Positions 1 to 13,959 of a stretch of DNA of 64,000 bases are shown one piece after another (position 1 is the stretch's first letter; every line of letters begins with the position of its first letter). Under the pieces are notes generated by a model. It was not told where the DNA came from, did no database searches, and saw only the letters and a list, made by a program, of their open reading frames with translations. Both the position numbers and the translations under genes were made by a program. This DNA is from Camelus dromedarius (Eukaryota), in contig NC_087472.1 in the NCBI RefSeq assembly GCF_036321535.1, forward strand, positions 92,444,001 to 92,508,000. The letters are read 5' to 3'.

Positions 1-39
1 ATGCACTTTTGAGAGCAATCAATCCACTAAAACAAAATG

Positions 40-155
40 TCACAGGGGCAGAATTTTTTATCTGCTTGGGTCACTGCTGAATCTCCCCAAAAGAGGATGT
101 GGTACAGAGTAGGCATTGTATAATTATTCTTTGATGGAATGAGTCAATAAATGAG
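40..155 (+). mobile_element. L2 LINE 3' end fragment
   Basis: cactgctgaatctcc...tggtacagagtaggcatt...gaatgagtcaataaatgag resembles the L2 3' terminus. Confidence 0.55.
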
Positions 156-382
156 TCTATTTAATTCTTTCTAGAGTTTGCTACACCAATGAACTTTAGC
201 TGAAATGATCAAGGTGTTCAAAGTACAAGTAGAGAAAGTACCTTTCAATATGAAGAGTTAGGGGCTTAACATCCATATCTATTTTCAACAGTAATAGTAC
301 TACCTAGACTATTAACATACAAATTATTAATAGGTTAAGATTCTAAAGCAAAATATTCTCAGAGACAAAAGATTCATTTGGA

Positions 383-505
383 TATTGTAATAATCTATAA
401 TGGAAAATAATCTGAAAAAGAAACATATATATTATATATATATAAAAGAATGATTTTGCTCTATACGTGAAACACTGTAAATCAATTATACTTCAATTAA
501 AAAAA
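383..505 (+). mobile_element. 5'-truncated L1 3' end (laurasiatherian/artiodactyl type) with poly(A) and TSD
   Basis: tgtaaatcaattatacttcaattaaaaaaaa terminus; direct repeat attcatttgga at 372-382 and 506-516. Confidence 0.85.
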
Positions 506-584
506 ATTCATTTGGAGCTCTGTAAAGACACAGCACTGCTATTCTACACATACAAGTAGTGAGAGCATAATATGAAATGGCTGA

Positions 585-800
585 GATAGTAATGAGTAAT
601 TGTTACGAACATAACATGTGCTAAGAGCCTTATAAGTATTATTTCACTTAATCTTCATCAGAACCCTAGGATGGGACTAGTATTGTTTTCATTACAGGTG
701 AGGAAATTGAGAATAAAAGATCTTAATTAACCACCTTCAGTTCACATATTAGCAAGTGACATGCAGCTCTGTTTCTAGAGCTCATGCATTAATCACCATG
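585..800 (-). mobile_element. MIR SINE
   Basis: atttcacttaatcttcat...cattacaggtgaggaaattgaga is the reverse complement of the MIR core. Confidence 0.75.
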
Positions 801-1500
801 TAACCCTTTCTACAGAATTTAAATAGCTTGCACAGTGGAATTATAATACAGAGGGTTTTGGGGGGTTTTACAGTAATAATATTGGTCCAAAGAAGGAAAC
901 ACACTGAAAATATGGATGCATTTACCATGTATTCAACCTCTCTTGTTTTGCTTCATACAAAAATGTGATATATACACAGATATACTTGAGCATGCGTGTG
1001 CTGGTGAACACTTACACACATACATCCACATAAAGATACAGGAATCTAAAACTCCACTGTAACAATCAAATTCTAAGCAATTCAGCAAAGTACAAGAAAG
1101 GAAATATGTTTGTATTTGGTAAAGTGGATAAACTGATAGAGCACAAGATTTGGAAACAAGGAAGAACAGCCTAATTGAGGTCCCACTGCTCCCTTAAAAA
1201 ATGAAAATAACTGAATCTCTTCTTCTTGAAAAAGAGGGATAAATAATACTTAAATCTTACCTATCTCAAAGGGGTGCAAGGGGATTAAAAAATTTAAAAA
1301 TAAGTCTTAGATATATCTGCAGATTTTCAGAAGTGCTTCATAAAAAACACTACCTTTTCTTGCTCAGTTTATTTCCTTTCTTAAGGACAATAGTTCTCAC
1401 TGCACTGACAACCACCCTTACATGTGAAGTTCCCCATTGTATCATGTGCTATTGCATGGAACTTTTAAGAAAGGGCCTCAAGTCCTAGGGTTAGTAAAAT

Positions 1501-1580
1501 AGAGACAGACAGACAGAGACAGAGACAGAGACAGAGAGACAGAGACAGAAAGAGACAGACAGAGAGAGAGAAAGAAAGAA
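1501..1580. repeat. (GAGACA)n/(GA)n microsatellite
   Basis: Directly visible purine-rich tandem repeat. Confidence 0.95.
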
Positions 1581-1696
1581 TTGTTTTATTGTTGTTACTT
1601 TGATCAAAGCCCAAAGGAGACATTTTTTTTCCCATTACCTTCAAAGATGAAATACTGTTCTGGACCACTAGTGCTCATGAGTGGATTATGCAGTAC

Positions 1697-1862
1697 ACTG
1701 GTTCTCAAACTATAGTCCCCAGATCTGTAGCAGCAGCCTCACCTGCGAATGTGTGAGAAATGCAAAGTTCTGTACACTGCCTGGACCAACTGAATCAGAA
1801 ATTCTTGTTGTAGCAAGGCCTCCATGTGATTCTAGTGCAAGCTAAAATTTGAGATCCACTCT
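1697..1862. mobile_element. MER5A (hAT-Charlie) DNA transposon
   Basis: tggttctcaaact...ctgaatcagaaattct...tttgagatccact with inverted termini. Confidence 0.8.
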
Positions 1863-2069
1863 CTTAGTCAGCAATGAGGAAAAAACATTATTCTCTTTTT
1901 ATACAGTCTAATAAAGACCCATTACTGAATGCATAAGAGAATTCCCTTCATGTTTTATGGTTGTTAAAAAGGGGGGAAGTCACAACAGATTCTATTCAAA
2001 TTCTGCATGCATTCAATAATAACACTGATTACCAAAGCCTTACTTAGAGTTCCTTCTTTGATTCTCTGT

Positions 2070-2258
2070 CTCAGGCTTTCCTGCAACCCTCTTACAAGGA
2101 CCCTTGTGATTATATTAGATCTTCTAGATAATCCAGGATAACCTCTCCATCTCAAATCCTTAACTTAATATCTGTAAACCTCCTTTGGCCATGTAAGGTA
2201 ACAGTGTAGATTCCGGGGACTTGGACATCTTTGAGGGGTCATTATTCTGACTACTACA
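2070..2258 (-). mobile_element. MLT1 (ERVL-MaLR) LTR, 5' part
   Basis: gataatccaggataacctctccatctcaaatccttaacttaat...cattattctgactactaca is the reverse complement of the MLT1 start. Confidence 0.8.
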
Positions 2259-2339
2259 CTAACTATCCTAGAACATACAAAATACAAAGCTTAGACTGCT
2301 TAGGGAGAGGGTGCTTTTTTAAGCAATATTAATTCAGTT

Positions 2340-3292
2340 AAACAATACAATGTTTTTATTTTAAATGTTGCATTTTGTGTGTTTATATGTGTGAATCACT
2401 GACTACAATATTATTAAAAAAGCAAGTATATTTCAGAGGAAATTAACCACTTCTCCTCTGGAAAAGAAGAGACTCGTTTGATGAAAATTTTGCAGTAAAA
2501 AAAATAGGTCTATTCAACTGGAGACAGCATCAGAGTGTTTGAGAGAAGTAGCATATAACTGTAGTGAGGAAAAATCATTTGTTAGGAGTATTTATTGTAA
2601 TTCTCAATGTACTGAAATGACCAGATAATTCAATAAATCTTCAAAGTGCATCAGTAAAACAAGTGATTTAAGGCAAAACAACTTTGTTCTTTCTGAAAAG
2701 AAGAGAAAGGCACCCTTAGCCCCACAGTCAGCAATGCGCCATGCATCACAGAATGTTCCCCAATCGGCGGAACTGTTTCTCCTCTTTTTCTTCTCCACTG
2801 AAGCAGAATTCAGCTCAGTTGACTGTACAGTCATCTCTCTTTTCATGCAAGGGGAGATGCATACTACTTGACAGAGCCCCATTTCCGCTGGTGCCAGCCT
2901 TCAATTTAATTGTAAAGAGAGCAAAGATGCCAAAAAGACTGATGAGTCAGGAACTATCAAGACCATTATACCTAAACCCCCAAGAGGAAAATGTGGAATC
3001 ATTTTGGAATCCTGAAATGGCATGCTTTCTGGACTTCATCAACATCATGTGGATCACTGTTCAGCCTCCTTCTGCTTGTCAGTGACAGAAATCGGAAGAC
3101 ATACATTGGCCAAGAGATTGATGACTCTGACAGAAGGGGAAAATCACAGTACAGCAGAAAGTGCACACATTCTCAAACTAATGCCCATTCATCATATAGA
3201 AAGCTATTAACCACAAACAGAACTGCAGTGTCTTTGTTTGCAAGCTCAGATATGATTGTCAGATTTAAGCATGGATCCTTCACCTAGTTAAA
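2340..3292 (-). other. Candidate terminal 3'UTR exon of the minus-strand microexon gene
   Basis: Strong acceptor ttttttttttttccttctctggcag|TTTAACTAG at 3292; repeat-free unique sequence; AATAAA on the minus strand at 2591-2596 and 2355-2360. Confidence 0.55.
2591..2596 (-). terminator. Candidate polyadenylation signal AATAAA (second copy at 2355-2360)
   Basis: tttatt on the + strand, inside the candidate terminal exon. Confidence 0.4.
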
Positions 3293-3471
3293 CTGCCAGA
3301 GAAGGAAAAAAAAAAAATTAAACTAAAGTTCCTCTTTCAATAATTCTCATAAAAGCTCAAATTTTTTCTTTAAAATTTAAAGGTAATAATTCATAATAAA
3401 TTTATAACAGTTGAGGAACCCTCTGAAGCTGCCTTTTTTGTTTGTTTCACATTTGCTTATGATAGCCTAGG

Positions 3472-3655
3472 ACAGTGGTTCCCAAAGTGTGGTCCCTGAA
3501 CCAGTAGCATCAGCATCACCGAAGAACAGGTTAGAAAAGTAGATTATCAGACTCTACCCCAGACCTACTGAATCAGAAATACCTGGTCTGGGGCCAGCAA
3601 ATTGTGTTTATCTAGCCTTCCAGTTAATTCTGAGGCAGGCTAAAGTTTTAGAACT
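3472..3655. mobile_element. MER5A DNA transposon
   Basis: cagtggttcccaaagtgtggtccc...cccagacctactgaatcagaaa...taaagttttagaact. Confidence 0.85.
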
Positions 3656-5592
3656 AAAGAAAAGCATGATATGAGCTGATATACTATTTCAAGAAAAAAA
3701 TTTTAACGTTCCCATTTCTACATGGTACATACACTGGAATCTTATTTTAAAAAGCTGCTCACATGTAGTTTCCAAATTCTAGCAACTATCATTTTTCTAT
3801 TTGGCTCTCTTCATGGGAAGCTCCAGGGGACAATATGTGGCATTTTCAATTATTGAACTGCATTTTGCTTTTACTTATAGCCACTAAGCTCAAGAAATAA
3901 TAAACTGATTAAACTCAGCCCACTCATAATGCTTTTGGTAGAGTTTCCAAAGCACTTGGATATATATTTTATATGACATACATTTTATATGACATACTGT
4001 GCTTTGCAATAAGGCAGTTGGAAAAAAACAAACCTGAATTCAAAACATTAATAAGTAATGACTTGTCATTGTGACAAAAGGATCACCATTGTTTCTCTTT
4101 AAAAATTAATTATCATAGAGAACTTTAAGCACAATATGACAACTCATATTACTTTTGAACATGAGGTCTTCACTTGGGACATAAGGTGAGATTCCCGGAT
4201 TTTTTTTATGCCTCCTTACACTTAGTATAGAGCTTTCCAACTGAATTTAGTAAATAAATCAACCACAATTTAAATAAATCAACCCTTAGGTGTTTTCAAC
4301 AGAGAGGTTTTTTCTGTACTAGAATAAAATATCCAATATTCTAAATCACTAAACCATATTTACTATAAATATATTTCCAAAGTTTTGAGTTTTAAATAAT
4401 AGTAAGATACTAAATAAAACCATCCACTGTCTTGTCAACTCCCCATGTAAAGATGGTTATTATTTCTTACTATAGTTCAGAAGCTTTCATTTGATATGCA
4501 CTATAACTTAGCTATGTATTCATGAATAAGACAATTTAGTCTAAATACCACATGCATTTTAAAATAAAATTTTTAATATATTTCATTTATCTTTTTGATC
4601 TATATTTCCCCCCTTGGCTCTGAGTCACATCTCGAGTTACTGGTTACTGTCAGCCATGCCCAAACCATTTTGTAAAGACAGTATATGTCATTATAGTTCT
4701 AAATTTGCAGTGTATCTCTCTACCACCAATTTACTCTCATAGCTTGAAAATGATAATTGAAGTATCCTAAGCTTCCAGGCAGCTTGAGCAAATTTACTAG
4801 AGTGGCCTTGTAATCACCATTAGCAATAATAAGGAAAGTACAATCAAATCTGTCAAAAAAAATCAAACAGATCAATCAAGAAAAACTTCACTTAGGGTAG
4901 CTAGTGGACCTAAATGGATGAATTTTCTGTTTCTTTCTTAAAGCAGAACACTAAGAATCCATGGAGGCAGTAGCCATTCATTCACTGTTATTAACATTAT
5001 AAAAAGTCCTTAGGTACTGACTCTGTTTACTTCATTGAGTGAATGATACTGGAAATTGACAAAAAGAATTCCCCATATGTATGGATTCCTACAATAAAGA
5101 GCTCTCTTGAGAATATTTTTACCTAAATATTTTTATTTCTTATTTATTTTTTAATTAGTTGCTTTTCAACACAAAGTATAATACTGATTTGCATAGGGAA
5201 TGTGAGTAAAACCCTCTGCCTACCTACAATCCTTTAGCACACTTTTTTTCTAAAAACTTCTTAAATCACAATCTGAGGAAGTGGTTCAGGAATATGCACT
5301 TGAAATAATTAGGGGATTGTTAAGTACATTGGAATTTGACAACCATCCCTCTTTTGAGATACAAGTAACCTCAAGCCAGCTGCTTTGGTTGGGTTTACCA
5401 GCAAATCCATAGATTCTTCTTTCAATGTCTCCCTACCTGGTCCTGATTCTCCATCGTTTAAATGAGTTCCTGAAGAAAGTTACCCAATAACTTTCCAATG
5501 ACACCAATGATTCTTAACATGATTCCTCAGCTCTTTTGGCTTGTTGCTGTTCAATCACACAAGCCTCAATGCTCTTCTCTGATAAGTCTCAC

Positions 5593-5622
5593 CTCAAAAG
5601 TTATGCTTCACTGATGTCAACA
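5593..5622 (-). CDS. Candidate 30-nt penultimate exon: (L)VDISEA* with stop at 5601-5603, then 8 nt UTR
   Basis: gtttttatgccgtacaatag|TGTTGACATCAGTGAAGCATAACTTTTGAG|gtgaga; in frame with the upstream chain. Confidence 0.55.
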
Positions 5623-8600
5623 CTATTGTACGGCATAAAAACACCAGATAAGAAGTGGATATATTTCCAGCAGGTATTAGAACCACCAAGAGGAGAATAA
5701 GAATTCATACCTGCCACAAGTTCCCAGATGATTCTACTGTTGCTGGTCCAGGAACCACATGGTGAGAACCATTGCTTTAAGTCATAGGCTGAAAACCATG
5801 GATACAGGCTAGGATCACACAATTCCCTTTCCAAACAAATTCTGTAAAGAGGCTTGAGCTATACCTATATAGTATTAAAGAAACTTTAAATGTGGAAAAA
5901 CTCCAGTCATACAGCTAACTTAACCTTTTGAAAAGAAAAAAATGTAGTAATTTTCTTTATGCTAGAAGGAACCATATGTGCGCTATTAAGCCGAATTTAA
6001 TCAAACTAGTTGAATGGTTACAAAAATCCCTGAGTTATTAAACACATCTTGAGGTTATTATTGGCAAAATGAATCATTATCTTCACTTTGATAAGAAACT
6101 TAAAACATCCTGATAAGCACTATTTGAACACAAATTCATATTCTCTCAGTTAAGAAGACTATTTTACCCACAAAAAAGCCCCACACAATAAACATTCAAA
6201 AGCATGCGGTGCTATGCTGTAAGCAAAATAAATTTTTTTCCCTCTCCATTTGCCATTTGTACTGACATTTAGAAACATAGACATGGTATTTAGTTTGCTC
6301 TCAGACAATTATTTTTCTATGTCTACACTCTAAGTTTTGCATGCCTAATAAATTACTGATTGAACACTGTATTTCCCAAATTTTAACTAACTTCACCTCT
6401 ATGTATGCATTTCATAATTTTTGATAGTGCTTTCTTATGGCTATAGGCTTTATCTTTACCCTGCTTTCAAAAATGACATTTGCCTTATGAAATACTTCTT
6501 TTTTTAACTTTTATGAAATGCTTCTTTTTTTAACTTTTATCGTACTGACATAAAGGCAACTGAATTAATTTTAACTTAGAATTTTGAATTCTCCAGATAT
6601 GGTGGGTACATGATTTATATTTTTGGACTTCATGAAATAATCATGACACCATCCCTACCACTTGCTGAGAAAGTAAGAAGTCAACACCTACTTCACATGT
6701 GAAAAAATTAAGACCCAGAGTAGATCAGGTCATTCACACAGACCTGCATTTTAATTCCAGTGTCTATGCTCTCAACTTTACCTATGACTTCAAAATAATG
6801 GGGAAAACACTCAGTAACAGGAAATAAACCATCATCCATACAAAATTCAAACCATAGTCATACTTTATTAAATATAATTTCCTACCACTGACTTAATAAT
6901 CACCCGTATTTTTGTTTTCTTAAAGCATCTAGTACAATGGATAGAGGATTTTTTTAATACTAGCATTTTCCTGAGGTTATCTGAATATACATAAAGATAA
7001 AATATATATCTCTAATACCTAAAGTAATTATATTGTCATATGACCTTAAGGAAATTTTATCAAGGTGTTAAAAATATTAATGCATTTCTTCTTCATAACT
7101 TACAGTGACTTTTCAATTTGATTTTCTAAATTGCTACATTGTGTACCAATCACTTCTACATGCATGTTGTATATTCACTAATTATATTTCCCATTTTTCC
7201 ACTAAAGGACACTTCCAACGTATTCATCAAGCAACCCTTGGGAGGTTTGCATAATCCAATATCATGTAGTTACATTGAACTTCTAAATTGAAAACGAGAA
7301 AATACAGTTCCAAATAAGCTCAAATACCAGCCTTCAACTACATATCTAGTCTTTGTCAAATACCCATAGAAATCCTAGAAAACATCTATTCCATGTCTTT
7401 CTCATGAATAAGATGCATAGGTGATGTCTAGTTTTTTCTTGTCAGATAAAGAAGGTCCTGGGTGGCAATGCATGAGAAAATGACAAGATGTATTGGCTAT
7501 TTTCAGACAGCCATGTATTTAAAAGGAAAAAGATCATCATTGATAACATAAAATATATACTCTCAATGTAAGATGTTTTATTTCCATGTAGCAATTAGCA
7601 TTATCCAATACTTTGTTGAATTATATATAATCTGTGCAGAATTGTGTTCTTTTACTAACGTTACAGTATAAACTTAGCGCATTCCTTATAGAATTTCCAT
7701 TTTATAGTAAGAGAGTTGCTTCAGGTTACACAGAAAATATGGTTTTAGCTGCAACCTACAGTGTGCAAAAAGGACTCTCGAGAATAATTTATGTTGTTCC
7801 TTTTATAGTTTATCCAGTATTATTATAGGAACAAAGTTTCAAAGTGACATTTGATTTTGCTATGAACCACATGTAGGTATTAAATATAATTATATTATCA
7901 CGTATTTTCTACCCCTTTATGGTTTCATTTAAATATGTAAAATTCCATTAGTGAAACTTTGGGACCCCTGATAATGTTTGCAAGTTAATGATTCAGTTTA
8001 TTTATTCAGTTTCTATATAACAGAGAGATTTGGTAATTATTTTCATTAAACTTAAGGGAGGCAACAATGAATATTCTTTTAGAAACCATGGTAAGAATAA
8101 TTATATTAGATCCTACCAGGTATTTGGAAATTGCTTTTTTAACTAAATGACCATCTATTCTTTCAATAGAGAATCATTCAAGATTTATTTATTTTTCCTG
8201 ACGAATTTTTGTCTTCTTTCTTACATGAGATATTGGCTTTAATTGTATTTAAGGAAGTCCTGAAACTCTAATTTACAGAAGTCAATCAAATAAATAAAGC
8301 CACTATAATATTTTCACTACAGATGACTTGCTGTTTAAAACACGTCACCACAAAATGAGAGTAAAATAACCTCTATAATAGTGAGGCAATGACTATAGCT
8401 TAAGGCAGTGCTTACAAAATCCATTAAAAATTAAAAAGAAATAAAGAAATAAAACAGCCACTGGAATATAAAAGTAGCCAAAAAACTACCCTTTGCTGAA
8501 GATTTCAACTTAAAAGATCAGAGGCAAATGTGATATTTAGTTAAATTTGTGCCATTACATCTAATAATCCATTTGGGTATTTGCCAGTAAGCTAATTTCT

Positions 8601-8701
8601 TGGTCTATTTCATTTTACTCTACTCATGATAATGCAGGTGAGGTGGGGAGGCTGACGTTTAATTTTAATTGTCTTTTATTCACCCCATATTAAGCACTTA
8701 C

Positions 8702-8706
8702 AGCTG
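8702..8706 (-). CDS. Candidate 5-nt microexon CAGCT (Q,L)
   Basis: ttgtctttcctaatctgtgctatatatgccag|CAGCT|gtaagt; long pyrimidine tract, ctaat branch-like motif, TGC motifs. Confidence 0.6.
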
Positions 8707-9369
8707 CTGGCATATATAGCACAGATTAGGAAAGACAATAGGGCAAAAATAAGAGTAATGCAATTTTACAGCACTATCAACTGATTGCCTTTAATATGAA
8801 ACTGTTATTGTTTTGTCCACTACCCTTCATTTAAGAAGTAAAATACATTTTTTAACAAATTATAATGGAGCAATTTTTAAATAACTGGGTAGAAACACAG
8901 GCAAAACAATGCAATTTAAAAGACATGCCCACCTCTCTTTATTAAATAGAGGGTAAATATATATTAAGTAAAAAACAAGTCAAAGTCCTCTACATCAGTA
9001 ATCTCCAGACTTTGTGATCATGTAGGTTAAAAAAAAGAATAAAGAAAGAAAGAGAGAAAAGAAGAAGGAAGGAAGAGAAGAAGACTGAATACACATTCTC
9101 CCTTTCCATTTATCTCTATATAACTTACATACCTGTAATTCTCTATCAATACATTATGCCAAATACAAAATTGGCACCAAAATTTTGTAATGTTACAATA
9201 AAATGAAGAGACAGTCCAATATATTCTTACTAATAAATTCTTTTGGGGGTTCCTTGAAATTCACAACACCATGTTGAAGACCACTGTCCTACAATGTTAT
9301 TTATCAACATTAATTTCATCATCTAGTAGAAATTGAGCTCTGATAAGCAATAGCTCAAGAAATACTATT

Positions 9370-10060
9370 GAGAACCCACCATGTTGAAAACAGTTTGCCA
9401 GGTTCTCATGATGCCATGGTGAACAATGGAGGCACGGCCTTATTTAGCATAAAACTTTCAATACAAATGTATAATAAATTAATAGACTAATTAACAGATA
9501 ATTATATAACCGTTGCTACAAAGCCGAACTGCACAATGTTAGAAGGTATATAACAAGTTCTAATCTAGTTTTCAAAGTGAGAAAAAGCTTACCTAAGGAA
9601 GTGACATTGAGTTTGAAAATTCATGAAAACGAGATAACTGTTTAGAGCACGGCCAATAAATTGGCAAAGACTATTTTGCAGGTAGAGTAAACGGCATGTG
9701 CAAAGGCCAATGTGTGTCAGAGAAAACAAAGCCAAAGCATGTGTTTTCATGGAGTGTGGAAGTTGAGAAAGCGAGGGGGAGAGGAGAGGTGGATAGGGTG
9801 AAGATAGGAGAAAGAAAACAAATCAGGCAGCCATCTGTTGAACATAGTAAGAACTGAGGAGTGGTGGCAAATTACTGACTGGTTTTAGGCCAGAGAACAA
9901 ATGGATCAGATTTGTATTTTTACAAATAGGCTTGAATCCTAAGTAAACAATGCACTGAACAGGGCAAGAGTGGATGCAGCTGCTAATGTTCAGGTGCTGG
10001 TGGTTTGAAGTAGGTTGTTGGTAGTGAAAATGGACAGAAGTAGAGATTTGGAGGAGATTT
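9370..10060 (-). mobile_element. L2 LINE fragment
   Basis: ggaagtgacattgag...gcaggtagagtaaacggcatgtgcaaaggcc...gatcagatttgtattttt, typical of antisense L2. Confidence 0.75.
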
Positions 10061-11238
10061 AAGAGGCTCTGGGTTGTTCAAGCCATTAAGATTGCTTTAT
10101 GACAGTAAGTAGGTTGAATTAAAGTCAATGACATATTGCACGACAGCCTCCTTTGAAAATGGAATGAAATAGGCTGTGTAAAAGGTTGCCTCATTCAATC
10201 TGTTACTGCCAAGAATGAAGGCATTAAAAGAGCCATGTGCACTAGCCTTGCATTATCTGTCATTATCCTGTGAAACACCACAGACTGTGAGCATCAAAGG
10301 AACAAGTTATATTTTACATACCAGCAACTGCCCTCCAGCACAAAAACACACGATAGCACAAATCATAAACCAATTTTCAGAATCTGTATTTAGATCAACA
10401 AACTCTCATGCTGAACTGAACAGTAAAATCCTCATTTGAATTCAGTTATTTTTATATATAGAAAATGTGTAGTGATTAGAACTAAAGTATCACACGAGTA
10501 AATATCATTCATTGACAAAACTTAGAGAAATTAATTTGGAAATTTGGTAAGTCTTTCGGAATATTAATAAACTGAGAGAGTTTCAAAAGATTCTAGTCCA
10601 AATTTAAGACACATGGTATCATATAGGAAGATCTTCTTCAAGATATCTTTTGCTTTTGTCATATATAGGTTTCCAACAGATCCAATGAGTGTTAACTATA
10701 AATCAGGCATGAATATTAAACACAGCATCTCTGCTGGCCACAGGAAAACTATAAAATTCTTTAATGATGTAGGACAGCATAAGAGAAAATCACTGTGCTG
10801 GCGATTTGGGGGATTTTAATTTTTACTCCATTTTTGTCAATAGCCAGCTATGTGACCTTTGCAAAGTGACAATCAATTTTTTATTTTACCATCCCTAACA
10901 TGAAAAGATTCAACTGGATGGTCTCCAAGGCTCTACTCATATCTATGATTCCTGAAAATGTAAACATTTAAAGGAATAGTAAAAACTAAAACAATCTGCT
11001 AGAATCCTGGAAAGTGTGGAAACCATACAGCAGTATGAGTAACTAACCTTTTCAGGTTTCAAGTACAAAAACCAATCTGAATCCAAGGTGCCTTCAGCAA
11101 AAATGATGGGTCAGCTGTTAGTTTAAAAATGTATATCCTGTTGACCCAACCAGTTACTAGCACAAGTCAGAGACTGTGCATACACAGTGCAGAAAGAATT
11201 GAGAGCTAAAATCCTTTGTCCAACTATGTTTTACTCAC

Positions 11239-11260
11239 TGATAGAGATCCCCACATTACA
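11239..11260 (-). CDS. Candidate 22-nt microexon (N)VMWGSLS
   Basis: Consensus branch point cactaac, then ttttgttgctgtcctcaatag|TGTAATGTGGGGATCTCTATCA|gtgagt; TGCATG upstream. Confidence 0.65.
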
Positions 11261-11674
11261 CTATTGAGGACAGCAACAAAATGGCCACAAAGAGGTTAGT
11301 GTTTTTCCTAACACACATGCACAACAATAAAGGAGTATAATGAAACTATTTTTAAAAAAGAAAAATGAGATACTTGAAAGGATGATGAAAAAGTTGATGT
11401 GAGTGAAAAATTATAAATTGATTTGATGTAAAGAAATTTAACTAATATTTAAACTAGATTATAATGCAAAGTACATTAATTTTGGCCTATAATAAATAAA
11501 ATTTAGATTTAGCCTCTGATTTCAAAGTCACCATATAGTATGAAATGTACTTATAGTATGTGGACATGGATGAGCAAAATACTGCTTGTACATTTTGCGT
11601 TAAATAAGATTGGTACTTATCTAGCAATAAAGAAAACAGAATCTGGAAAATGGCCATTCTAAGGACTATGTCAA

Positions 11675-11970
11675 CATTCATTCTTTCACTGATCCACTTA
11701 TTCATTCACTCCAAAGGGAATTTTCTTTGTGCTTACATCTGTTTTAAGTTCTGGGATAACTCATTCATTCAAAACTGAGCTTATTCAGCATCTGTGCTGG
11801 ATCTGGGGATACAAAATGAGTAAGCCACAGTCCTGGCTCTCAAGGAACTTGTCGTCCGTCCAGCAGAAGCCAGACATAGCCACATACAAGTAAAATGAAT
11901 ATAGTGTTCTCTATAATTGATAGTGTGTGCAGCATAAAGTCATGTCACAGAGGAAGACGTGGCCAAATAG
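11675..11970 (-). mobile_element. L2 LINE 3' end
   Basis: cattcattc...ttattcagcatctgtgctggatctggggatacaaaatgagtaagccacagtcctggctctcaaggaactt. Confidence 0.75.
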
Positions 11971-12479
11971 CAGAAAATAGCTATGAAAATTCAGAGCCTA
12001 TAATGAAAATACATTTCTCCCTGCCACCTCCACCCTCTTAACACTTCAAAAATTGCAGGGATGTTTATGTGGACATTAATGTTTTTCACCTGGAAGCCGA
12101 CGAAAAGGAAACATTTGCTCTAAAGGATAAAGCAATAGTGCTATTGACAATCACTAAGATTTACTGAGCCTGTTTGGACACATACTGCCAGGGTATGCAT
12201 TTCCTTCTGGAAATAAAGATCAGAGAAAATAAACACATTCAAAGCAGTTGTCCAGTTCCAGCATTTTGAATTTATTTTGTGATCTTTTCTACCAGAAATT
12301 TTCCTGTGGTTAGCCAAACACATAATTTATGCATATGTATTCAAATTTATGAAAATTTAAATTTCCAAATTAGTAGATGAACAGAAGAGGTCAGATTTCC
12401 CATTAGTTTCCCTGGCCTTCAATTTAATTCGTTTTATATATTATACCTGTGTTAGTTTGTTATCTCTCTTCTCAGGATG

Positions 12480-13140
12480 ATTCTGCCTCTACTATGTCCT
12501 TCAATTTTACCTTCTCCTTCCCTTTTCCACTGCCAGTGTGCTAGTTCAGAGGCGTTATTACCTCTCACCTGTAGTATTGTAATTGCCTCCAGACTTATCT
12601 CTCTCCCTCCAGTCTCAGCCTGCTCCTTCTTTCCTATCTATAAATTATTGCTAAATGAATTTGCCTGGAGTTTAACTTGATTATGTTGCCCCCAGCTGGA
12701 ACACCTTTAGAAGCTGCCTACTGCCTACCATATTAAGCACAAACTTCTCACCTGATATGTGACAAGCCTCTAAAGCTTCGCTATTCAAAGTGTGGTCTGC
12801 ATACCAGCAATACAAACATCGCCTTGCAGTTTATTAGCAATGCAGACTCCTGGGCCCCAGCTCAGATCTCTGATTGATTTGGGCTCATTAAATTTTGAGA
12901 AACACTGCTCCAAAGCACCGCCAAGCTGCCTTCCGATCTTTGTTGCCTATCACCTCCTTTTCCTAGCCCAAATATACACCTAAATTAGTCCTGAAAACAC
13001 CTTTCTGACTTTGAACCACAATGGCTCCAGCTTTAAATACCACAGAGCAGAGCATTCTGTTTTCTGAACTTGTCTGATTACCATCTTGTTACCTCCTTGA
13101 AGGTAGAGATTAACAGATTATTCACCTTGTCTCTCTTAAT
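12480..13140 (+). mobile_element. L2 fragment interrupted by MER5A (about 12775-12910)
   Basis: Pyrimidine-rich L2 body; ctattcaaagtgtggtc...tttgagaaacactg insert. Confidence 0.65.
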
Positions 13141-13608
13141 GTGATGGTAAGAAAAATGAGTTCCCACTCCCTGGGTGCTGAGGACTTGCTTAACTGGGCC
13201 ATGAGAAGAAACTTCACAACTTTTTTCTATTTATGTTCATCTCATTATTTTAATTCTCTGTTATTTAGGTTTTCAATATTAACTATTAATATAGTAATGT
13301 ATATGAATTTCTTGTTAACAGACAGAAAGACATCTGCTGAGGTGCTTGATCAAAAATATTTTGACTGACAGGATTGCATGATCAAAAATTTGGGGAGACC
13401 ACATCCTGACACACCAAGTTCATGGTGTTCTGCAGGAATTAAACAGATATTTGTCAACTGAAACGAAAATTTACAACTGGCTGCAGTACACCATGTCAAA
13501 GACTATCTGATGCAAGTGAGATTTTTAAAAATTTTTTGGGTCAGATAAACCTTTCCAGGTTTAGGGGAAAGCTGCTGCAAAGTGTTAAAAATGAGCATTT
13601 TCACTTAC

Positions 13609-13627
13609 TTATTGGATAAAAGGTAAA
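13609..13627 (-). CDS. Candidate 19-nt microexon (F)YLLSN
   Basis: gaactttgacaacatctttag|TTTACCTTTTATCCAATAA|gtaagt; supplies part of the repeated SFYLL motif. Confidence 0.55.
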
Positions 13628-13959
13628 CTAAAGATGTTGTCAAAGTTCAATTGGGTAAGTCATTTTAACCTAGCAATAGGAAGCATTTACTCAAAATGTA
13701 TTAGCTTCAATAATCATCAAGCAATGGGGAATATTACAATTTAAGACTGTTTCCTGGATGACGGTTCCTATTTTGAAGACAGCCTTTCTATAATTAAGTA
13801 TGCTTTCAGAACATAGGTTAATTTTCTTACTACAGATTAGAGAGTTCTCTATATGGGACCTTCTCTCCTGCGGCACAACTAGCTTATTGCCCCACTCCAC
13901 AGCAGCACTTAAGCATGGCCATTGACTTGTTTAAGCCTTTCTGCAAGAGGCTGCCCCTG

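Noticed and set aside
1465..1668. 67-aa hydrophobic ORF
   Set aside because: The LSLCLC run comes from the (GAGACA)n microsatellite.
2604..3287. Overlapping 62-114 aa ORFs on both strands
   Set aside because: No recognisable domain and mutually overlapping; better explained as 3'UTR-like unique sequence.
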